From a virus (taxonomy: Duplodnaviria; Caudoviricetes), in the IMG/VR virus record IMGVR_UViG_3300030330_006619, positions 64,001 through 128,000 of that record: a DNA stretch of 64,000 nt; one strand, 5' to 3'. Of this stretch, positions 57,508 to 64,000 are shown piece by piece. Position numbers and translations under genes: made by a program. Under the pieces are notes generated by a model. That model was given only the letters and a program-made list of their open reading frames with translations. It had not been told where the DNA came from and did not search any database. Position 1 is the stretch's first letter. Each line of letters opens with the position of its first letter.

Positions 57508-58704
57508 ATGTCAAGTCTACTTGAAAAGGCGATAATTGATGCTGCCGCCCTAAAAGAAGCAGCGCTCAAGAGTGCCGAGAAGCTTGTTGTAGAGAAATAT
57601 GCAACTGAAGTAAAAGAAGCAGTCGATATGCTTATCTCGGATCACTTTGAAGAAAACATTAATGAGCAGGATCTCGGAGCCCCAGCCCCAGACCTCGGAG
57701 GCGGAGCGGGAGGAGACCCATTTGGCTTCGATTCCCTGCCGGGTGAAGCCCCTGCAGCTGAAGAACCAGCTGCAGCTGAACCAGAGGCTGATTCTGCAGA
57801 AGAACCTCTCGATCCAGAAGATTTAATGTCCATTATACCAGATGCTTTTAATAGCAGCGATGATGAAGTAATTCAAATTAAATTAGATTCTCTAGAAGCT
57901 GAGATGGCAGATGTACCAGATGGCCCTTTCGCTGGAAATGATGAGCTTGGTGATGGCGAAATAGGAATTGATGTAGAAACTGAAGAAGAATTAGCACAAC
58001 AAGAAGAGATTCCTGACGTTGAGGTTCCTCTCGATGATGAAGACGACATTGATATTGACATCACATCAGACGTTGTTTCCGAAGTATTAGGCGAATTGGG
58101 CCTAGATGAAGAAGAAATAGACCTTGATGAGCTTTTAGAAAGAGTAAGAGTTGACTTCGAGCCGCAAAAATCAGGCTGGGCAGGTACTCCCGAATCAATA
58201 ATGAAAGAATATGAAGCTATGCTTCTTGCTAGAGAGCAAGACAGCGAAGTAAAAGAAGAAAACGAAGAGTTGCGCAAGACTGTCGCAGCACTTCAAAAAG
58301 AAAACAAGACTTTATCCTCTGCGGCTGTTAAGTTGCAGGGTCAAAACCAAGATTATGAAACAGCTTTTAATAACTTGCAAGAAAAGTTGGAAACAATGAA
58401 TGTTTCTAACGCTAAGTTGCTGTACATTAACCAGGCTCTTGAAAATGCCTCCTTGAATGAGCGACAAAAAAGAAAAATTGTCGAAGCCATTTCGAAAGCC
58501 GAAACTGTACAAGAAGCAAAGATAGTTTTTGAAACAATGAATGAAGCAGTTGCAACCAATTTAGACGTAAAGAAGGACGCAACTCTTAATGAGGTTGTCT
58601 CAAGTCGTTCAACGCTACTTGTCGCGGCTCGAAAAGAGCAAAAAAACACAAATGCTAATCCAATTTATAATAGGTTACAAAAATTGGCAGGCATTAAGAC
58701 ATAA
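57508..58704 (+). CDS. Prohead scaffold/core protein (gp22-like)
   Basis: Very acidic middle, coiled-coil C-terminal half, ends RLQKLAGI; directly before the MCP. Confidence 0.8.
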   Translation: MSSLLEKAIIDAAALKEAALKSAEKLVVEKYATEVKEAVDMLISDHFEENINEQDLGAPAPDLGGGAGGDPFGFDSLPGEAPAAEEPAAAEPEADSAEEPLDPEDLMSIIPDAFNSSDDEVIQIKLDSLEAEMADVPDGPFAGNDELGDGEIGIDVETEEELAQQEEIPDVEVPLDDEDDIDIDITSDVVSEVLGELGLDEEEIDLDELLERVRVDFEPQKSGWAGTPESIMKEYEAMLLAREQDSEVKEENEELRKTVAALQKENKTLSSAAVKLQGQNQDYETAFNNLQEKLETMNVSNAKLLYINQALENASLNERQKRKIVEAISKAETVQEAKIVFETMNEAVATNLDVKKDATLNEVVSSRSTLLVAARKEQKNTNANPIYNRLQKLAGIKT

Positions 58705-58718
58705 AAAAATTTATAAGA

Positions 58719-58730
58719 AAAGGAGGTGAT
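58719..58730 (+). promoter_or_regulatory. Extended Shine-Dalgarno AAAGGAGGTGAT for the major capsid gene
   Basis: 12-nt complement of the canonical 16S rRNA 3' end (AUCACCUCCUUU). Confidence 0.85.
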
Positions 58731-58737
58731 TTTTAAA

Positions 58738-60645
58738 ATGTCTATTTTACAGAAATTGACAGAGGGCGTTCAGCATCGCGATATGCAAGCTGAAGGCGCT
58801 GCTCTACTTAACAAATGGGAAGCAACCGGTCTTCTTGAGGGTCTAAATAACGGCCAGCAGAAGCAGGGAATGGCGGTTCTTCTCGAAAACCAGGCGAAGG
58901 AACTTCTTCGAGAAGCTTCTTCCATGTCTGCAGGCGACGTCGAAGGCTTCGCTGCAGTTGCATTCCCAATCGTTCGTCGTGTATTCGGTGGACTGATCGC
59001 AAACGATCTTATTTCGGTTCAGCCAATGAGCTTGCCATCGGGTCTTATCTTCTTCCTTGACTTTGTTCATGAAGGTGGAAGACTTGGAGCCTCTGCGTCA
59101 GAATCAGTTTATGGTGGAAACGTGGTTGCTAGCCAGTTGACCGGTGGTGTTGACTTAGGGTCTACTCCAGAGGTTCAGCCGGGTGGTCACTACGACCTTG
59201 GCCACAGTTACACATCAGCAACCGGATCGGCCACGATTGCCGACGACGGCGCTGGTGGACTCTCGTTCGGCCCTACAGGCGGAGCACTCTCGACTGGTGG
59301 CTTCTTGTGTGATGCCGCTGCCGATGACGCTTTCGGTTCATCCGCACCAGTCTTGGTTTCAGCGCTTTCTGATGCTCAGAAGAAATTGATTGATTTTGAT
59401 GCAGATATCCTTGCAACTCCGGGTGCTTCAGTCCAAGTTATTGAGTGCCTCGTTGCCGGCGCAGGTCTAGACAACCTCGATGAAGGTCGATTGGCAGCAC
59501 TAGTTCTTCAGAACACTAACGGCGTCGTAGATATCGCAAATGTTACCGGTAACGATGCAGGTGCACTCGACTCGTCAGGATTTAGACAAGTTAGAAGACT
59601 AACCAAGTTGGTTGGTTCTGGTGCCACACGTAGAATTCGTCTTGTAATTGTTGATGACGGTGGGTCCTTGACACCTACGTCAACCGCAGGTCTCGCCGCG
59701 ATCAATTTCGGCGCAGAAGACGCCGGTGACAAGATTGGTATTGCCAGCTATCCATTGAGAGATAACATCGGAACAGGCGCCGCTCAGGGGTCCATTCTGG
59801 CAGGCGTACACCCACTTGAAGAACCAGGTCCAGCCACCGGCAACAGCGCCGCGGCCCGAGAAGGCAAGAACACCATTGCTGAGATCGACATCAAGGTCGA
59901 CAGTATTGCTGTTACCGCACAGACCAAGAAACTGAAGGCCAAGTGGTCTCCAGAGCTTGGTCAGGACCTCAACGCATACCACAACTTGGATGCAGAGGTT
60001 GAGCTTACTGGTATTCTTTCTGAGCAGATTGCTTTGGAAATCGACCGTGAGCTTCTTGGTGAGCTTGTCCGTGGTGCAACTGCTGGTACTCGTTACTGGA
60101 GCCGTGCACCGGGCTTGTTTGTTGATAGCTCCGGTTCACCACTTGGTGCTACATCTGCTGCACCTGACTTCACTGGTACTGTCAGTGAGTGGTATGAGAC
60201 CCTCATTGAGACTATCAACGATGTTAGTGCTCAGATCCACAGAAAGACGCTCCGAGGCGGTGCAAACTTTGTTGTTTGTTCCCCTGAGGTTGCGAACATC
60301 TTGGAATTCACCAGCGGCTTCCGCGCAAGCGTTACTGCTGACCAGGACCGCGGCACCATCGGTGCTGTTAAGGCTGGTAGCCTAAGCAAGAAGTTCGACG
60401 TTTACGTTGATCCATACTTCCTGCGTAATGTTATCCTTGTTGGACGTAAGGGTAGTAGCTTCCTCGAAAGTGGATTTGTCTACGCTCCATATGTGCCACT
60501 CCAGGTGACACCAACTATCTTCGGCACCGAGGACTTCGTACCTCGTAAGGGCGTCATGACGCGCTATGCTAAGAAGATGGTGCGACCAGACATGTACGGC
60601 CTTGTTGTTGTACGAGGTCTCTTAGGCGAAGAAATGCCTAGCTAA
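58738..60645 (+). CDS. Major capsid protein (T4 gp23-like)
   Basis: LLENQ, VQPMSLPSGLIFFL, KLKAKWSPELGQDLNAYHNLDAEVEL, EIDREL, YAPYVPL, PRKGVMTRY. Confidence 0.97.
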   Translation: MSILQKLTEGVQHRDMQAEGAALLNKWEATGLLEGLNNGQQKQGMAVLLENQAKELLREASSMSAGDVEGFAAVAFPIVRRVFGGLIANDLISVQPMSLPSGLIFFLDFVHEGGRLGASASESVYGGNVVASQLTGGVDLGSTPEVQPGGHYDLGHSYTSATGSATIADDGAGGLSFGPTGGALSTGGFLCDAAADDAFGSSAPVLVSALSDAQKKLIDFDADILATPGASVQVIECLVAGAGLDNLDEGRLAALVLQNTNGVVDIANVTGNDAGALDSSGFRQVRRLTKLVGSGATRRIRLVIVDDGGSLTPTSTAGLAAINFGAEDAGDKIGIASYPLRDNIGTGAAQGSILAGVHPLEEPGPATGNSAAAREGKNTIAEIDIKVDSIAVTAQTKKLKAKWSPELGQDLNAYHNLDAEVELTGILSEQIALEIDRELLGELVRGATAGTRYWSRAPGLFVDSSGSPLGATSAAPDFTGTVSEWYETLIETINDVSAQIHRKTLRGGANFVVCSPEVANILEFTSGFRASVTADQDRGTIGAVKAGSLSKKFDVYVDPYFLRNVILVGRKGSSFLESGFVYAPYVPLQVTPTIFGTEDFVPRKGVMTRYAKKMVRPDMYGLVVVRGLLGEEMPS

Positions 60646-60666
60646 AATCTCTTAATAAGAGTAAGG

Positions 60667-60703
60667 AAGCCCCTACATTAATTTGTGGGGGCTTTTTCTT
60701 TTT
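60667..60703 (+). terminator. Rho-independent terminator after the MCP gene
   Basis: Stem AAGCCCCTACA / TGTGGGGGCTT followed by a T-rich tract. Confidence 0.85.
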
Positions 60704-60709
60704 CTAATT

Positions 60710-60717
60710 ACTATTTA
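60710..60717 (+). promoter_or_regulatory. Candidate late promoter motif ACTATTTA
   Basis: Immediately after the terminator, where a new promoter would be needed. Confidence 0.65.
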
Positions 60718-60782
60718 TACTATGAAAGATGCAACTATCAAGGTTGCGAATTAATCTTGATATAATTAAGGAGAAAATAATT

Positions 60783-61199
60783 ATGGCAAAGCAAGGATTT
60801 GCAACCTCAGATAGAAGAAAAGTAGAATTACTTCCAGCCGCCAAGCCACGCGGAATTGAAGTACACGATTGTGGTACAGTGTTTGTGCTGACATCATCAG
60901 ATGCAGCATCACATGTGCTCCCATCCGCCGCTGCCTGCGGCGAAGGTTGGTGGATTAGGGTTGTCGAAGGAGTCGACCGCGGTGGAAACGCCGTAACCTT
61001 CGCTGCCGCTAGCGATGCAGAGTCAGGAGCAGCTGTTATTGCGGGTGTCGCAACCGGAGCGGTGGCAGGCATTACCTATACTGAGCCTGGTAGTGTTCCG
61101 ACTGTAACATTTGCCGCTAACGTATCAGATGTTGGAGACGAAGTGGAAATACTTGTAGCAAACGGCCAGTGGTTCGTCCGCGGCGTATGTGCTACCTAA
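60783..61199 (+). CDS. Probable capsid decoration/head-fibre-like protein
   Basis: SD AAGGAG before ATG at 60783; HDCGTVFVL...LPSAAACGEGW...GDEVEILVANGQW; follows the MCP. Confidence 0.55.
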   Translation: MAKQGFATSDRRKVELLPAAKPRGIEVHDCGTVFVLTSSDAASHVLPSAAACGEGWWIRVVEGVDRGGNAVTFAAASDAESGAAVIAGVATGAVAGITYTEPGSVPTVTFAANVSDVGDEVEILVANGQWFVRGVCAT

Positions 61200-61250
61200 G
61201 ACAAGATACATTAAAATTAAGGATTTATTAATTAAGGAGATATAAGAACA

Positions 61251-62183
61251 ATGGCTAAGTCCTCATTACAATTTTTAGAAAAAAGAAACGTAGACCTTTA
61301 CGATAGTGATTCGTATGCAATAAGGACTCTTGAAAAGCATGACTGTGGAAAGGTCGTTGTTTTAACGAACGCAAGGGGCCATACACTTACTTTACCTCCC
61401 GCGGCAACAGTTGGTGAAGGTTGGAACGTCAGATTTGTTGTTGGAGCAGTCCACTCTGATCGAAGCGTAAGGGATCTCACAACTATAGCCGCTCAGGGTT
61501 CCGAGACGGTTACCCTTACAGCAAGAAAAGTAGGAGGCACCCTCGCAGGCGGAGCCGCTTCAGCTAATGCAGATGCTATGGATACAGCTGGAATCAACCT
61601 CCGCGCCGCCGAAGGTCAGGACGAATTGACTAAGGAAGATTTTACAATTGTGGTTCCTGTCGCAGCCGGTGGAACTGGCACTACTTTTAGGTTCCTGCTT
61701 AAGGATGGCGATGCAGATCTAACAGCTGATAACTCAGCTGCTGGTCAATTTGAGATAAGCACGGAAAACCTGACTGATGCTGGCGTTGCCGGGCAAATAA
61801 TAGCCATTATCAATGGAGCCGCCGTGGCTGCCGGTGTTCGAGTCCCTGCCTCTGGAGAGGGCTCCACTAACGCTGTTGGCATCCAAGGCCTCACAGCTTC
61901 ACCTGGGACTAACGAGACCACAGAGATAGATTTAGCCGCATCACAACTCGGCGCTGCCGGAGACGGCATCACAGTTGCATACCATCACGGCGATCATACA
62001 GTTTCAACTGCAGACATAATTGGAGCTAACAACAGTATTACCCTAGCCGCCGGCGCAGATCGAACAGGGGTTTCTCTCGATACTCGCACTATTCAAATTA
62101 CCGAAGGTGCCACAGCTGGTGATCAAATCGAACTAGTTGTTGTCAACGGACAGTGGCAAGCAACATCACTTAGAGCTGAATAA
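61251..62183 (+). CDS. Paralogue of 60783..61199 with a large internal insertion
   Basis: HDCGKVVVL...LPPAATVGEGW...GDQIELVVVNGQW flanking an Ala/Gly-rich module. Confidence 0.6.
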   Translation: MAKSSLQFLEKRNVDLYDSDSYAIRTLEKHDCGKVVVLTNARGHTLTLPPAATVGEGWNVRFVVGAVHSDRSVRDLTTIAAQGSETVTLTARKVGGTLAGGAASANADAMDTAGINLRAAEGQDELTKEDFTIVVPVAAGGTGTTFRFLLKDGDADLTADNSAAGQFEISTENLTDAGVAGQIIAIINGAAVAAGVRVPASGEGSTNAVGIQGLTASPGTNETTEIDLAASQLGAAGDGITVAYHHGDHTVSTADIIGANNSITLAAGADRTGVSLDTRTIQITEGATAGDQIELVVVNGQWQATSLRAE

Positions 62184-62197
62184 AGAAAGGGATCCCA

Positions 62198-62581
62198 ATG
62201 GGAAAACGTAGAAGAAAAATAAACAATCCAAAGTTTGCAACAAAGTTTGCAAAAACAAGAGAAACCTACCTTAGATTAAAAGGCATTATCACTGATACAG
62301 TAGAAGCAGCAGTTGACAATCTTACTGAAACTGTGGATACTGTTGTCGAAGAAATAAAAGAAACCTTCAAAGAACCAGAAACTAAGCCAAATGCTTTAAA
62401 GTTTATAAATGAAGATGAGATTTTGCAAGTAGAGGAACCAGCACCGGTAGTTGTGGAAAAGCCCAAGCCAAAAACAACAAGAAAAAAGACAACCACGAAA
62501 AAAACTACCTCAACAACACCAAAGAAAAGTACTACCTCAACGCGCAGAAGGCGAACCACCAAAACAAAATCGCAAGCCTAG
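62198..62581 (+). CDS. Hypothetical protein with Lys/Thr/Arg-rich tail
   Basis: Basic N-terminus and low-complexity KTT-rich C-terminus. Confidence 0.6.
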   Translation: MGKRRRKINNPKFATKFAKTRETYLRLKGIITDTVEAAVDNLTETVDTVVEEIKETFKEPETKPNALKFINEDEILQVEEPAPVVVEKPKPKTTRKKTTTKKTTSTTPKKSTTSTRRRRTTKTKSQA

Positions 62582-62601
62582 GTTAAATCACCGGTCAAAT
62601 A

Positions 62602-62609
62602 ACTAGTTA
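62602..62609 (+). promoter_or_regulatory. Candidate late promoter variant ACTAGTTA
   Basis: Intergenic, before the neck gene. Confidence 0.45.
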
Positions 62610-62641
62610 TAGTGTTGAACTGTATTTAGCGAGGGATAAAA

Positions 62642-63904
62642 ATGTCTGCACCTGTTCTGACACCAAAGAGTACCTTATCTGCTGTCGTATTGCCTATTAC
62701 GGGCACAATCGGAAACGTAGATTCATCAGTACCATATAAAATATATTCAAGCGATGCTTCAAAATTATTTTCTTCTCACTTCTTGTCTGGCGCTGTCGAT
62801 CAAGTGTCTTATGTTTATAAGAAACTGGGCGGAGACATCCTTGATATTGAACTAACAGAAGGAAATGTATACACTGCATATGAAGAAGCAGTCCTAGAAT
62901 ACTCTTACCTGTTGAATATTCATCAAGCAACGAATATTTTGTCAGATGCTTTGGGAAACACAACCGGATCTTTTGATTCTAAAGGGACTCTTCAAGGCCC
63001 AATAACTTCTTCTGCCAATTTAAACGACACGCATGTTGCGCTCAAATATACAAAATTTGATTATGGTATGACCAGAAGAATCTCAGAAGGTGTCAGTGCA
63101 GAAATTGGATTAAATGGGTCTGTGCAATACAGCGCCTCTTTTGATGTGCAGGCAACTCAGCAGGATTATGACTTGCAGGCCATATTAGGTTCAGATCCTG
63201 TCCATGCGAGCCGAATTGCTGGCAAGAAGATCCTTATAAAGAAAGTCTTTTATAAGACACCACATGCGATGTGGAGATTTTTTGGTTATTATGGTGGAAT
63301 CAACACAGTGGGAAACTTGCACAACTATGGTCAATTTTCAGATGATTCAACTTTCCAATTAATACCTGCTTGGCACAATAAAGCTCAGGCAATGGCTTTT
63401 GAGGATGCAATCTATACAAGAACAGCACATTATTCTTATGAGCTAAGAAATAACAAACTTAGGATATTCCCAGCTCCGTATGTCGGTGGTCCAAACAAGT
63501 TTGTGGTAGAATATTCTGTCCCCGGTGATGCCTGGAACTCAGAGGATAAACAAACTAATGGTGTGAATAACATGAATACTCTGCCAATTGGCAATCTACC
63601 ATTTGAAAATATAAACTCTATCGGTAAGCAGTGGATCCGGAGATTCGCTTTGTCTTTATGTAAAGAAATATTGGGCCAAGTAAGATCAAAATTTAATAAT
63701 GTTCCTATTCCGGGTCAGTCCGTAACCTTAAACGGCTCCGCACTCTTGTCGGAAGCTAAGGCAGAACAAACTGCTCTAAGAGATGAGTTGAAAGCTACAT
63801 TAGCAGAGCTAACATACGCTAAACTGGCAGAACAAGATGCAGGCATGCTAGAAAATACACAAAAGGTTTTGGAGAAGATTCCATACAACATATATGTGGG
63901 GTAA
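62642..63904 (+). CDS. Neck/head-completion protein (T4 gp13-like)
   Basis: LGGDILDIELTE and WIRRFALSLCKEILGQVRSKF...PGQSVTLNG match gp13 motifs. Confidence 0.8.
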   Translation: MSAPVLTPKSTLSAVVLPITGTIGNVDSSVPYKIYSSDASKLFSSHFLSGAVDQVSYVYKKLGGDILDIELTEGNVYTAYEEAVLEYSYLLNIHQATNILSDALGNTTGSFDSKGTLQGPITSSANLNDTHVALKYTKFDYGMTRRISEGVSAEIGLNGSVQYSASFDVQATQQDYDLQAILGSDPVHASRIAGKKILIKKVFYKTPHAMWRFFGYYGGINTVGNLHNYGQFSDDSTFQLIPAWHNKAQAMAFEDAIYTRTAHYSYELRNNKLRIFPAPYVGGPNKFVVEYSVPGDAWNSEDKQTNGVNNMNTLPIGNLPFENINSIGKQWIRRFALSLCKEILGQVRSKFNNVPIPGQSVTLNGSALLSEAKAEQTALRDELKATLAELTYAKLAEQDAGMLENTQKVLEKIPYNIYVG

Positions 63905-63909
63905 TATAA

Positions 63910-64000
63910 ATGTCAGATGATAATAATTGGAAACAGCCCGACAGCCCACCGCCTCCACTTTTTTTGGGGAAGAAGGAAAAAGATCTTGTCAAGCAAGTAA
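63910..64000 (+). CDS. 3'-truncated ORF (MSDDNNWKQPDSPPPPLFLGKKEKDLVKQV...), probably the gp14-like neck protein
   Basis: Open to the window end; identity inferred from position after gp13. Confidence 0.5.
   Translation, partial: MSDDNNWKQPDSPPPPLFLGKKEKDLVKQV

Larger units (their letters stand above)
1..64000 (+). mobile_element. Segment of a large T4-related (myovirus) bacteriophage genome, virion morphogenesis region
   Basis: Recognisable T4-type gp17, gp20, gp21, gp22, gp23, gp13, gp25, gp6 and gp55 homologues; dense co-oriented genes; no host housekeeping context. Confidence 0.97.

Noticed and set aside
57751-57806. Short GCAGCTGAA repeats in the scaffold gene
   Set aside because: Explained by the low-complexity PAAEEPAAAEPE peptide
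60729-60782. Longer upstream starts given by the ORF track (60729, also 58726, 46494, 42741)
   Set aside because: Downstream ATGs (60783, 58738, 46563, 42762) have well-spaced SD sequences
555-62963. The many minus-strand ORFs and short alternative-frame plus-strand ORFs in the track
   Set aside because: All overlap longer, motif-supported + strand genes and show no recognisable motifs; treated as shadow ORFs
1-64000. Genome-wide stop-codon reassignment
   Set aside because: Standard code gives intact, densely packed ORFs, and TAA, TAG and TGA all end genes at sensible positions
1-64000. tRNA or rRNA genes
   Set aside because: Intergenic gaps are short and show no cloverleaf or T-loop signature by eye; a tRNAscan/Infernal run would confirm

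Overview
The whole window is part of a large, AT-rich, lytic, distantly T4-related myovirus genome, and every credible gene is on the + strand. It opens with accessory genes (HAD phosphatase, FmdB zinc ribbon) and a gp55-like late sigma factor. A roughly 38-kb baseplate/tail module follows: a spike-like protein, a 2965-aa giant, gp25, gp6, a DNRLRE-like protein, a 4031-aa LamG-containing giant, two 1.1-kaa proteins and four collar-like proteins. Next is a replication/repair island (J-domain protein, RuvC-like resolvase, primase, fused SbcD-SbcC), then a candidate holin/spanin cassette. The head module contains the large terminase, portal, prohead protease, a phage-encoded ribosomal protein bS21, three tandem paralogues of an unrecognised 'GRTRQxKN/TENQR' family, scaffold, major capsid protein, two decoration-like paralogues and neck proteins. 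Signals read directly from the DNA: (1) a recurring ACTA(T/A/G)TTA motif before late genes, a candidate promoter for the phage sigma factor, interleaved with sigma70 promoters before the replication genes; (2) an unannotated 21-aa Cys-Cys peptide whose UAG stop is followed by a GC hairpin and is in frame with the prohead protease; (3) a shared 'I-I-K/A-E-E' N-terminal peptide on several small proteins. I saw no tRNA, rRNA, CRISPR array, integrase or intein. All family assignments come from recognising motifs by eye; no database search was run.
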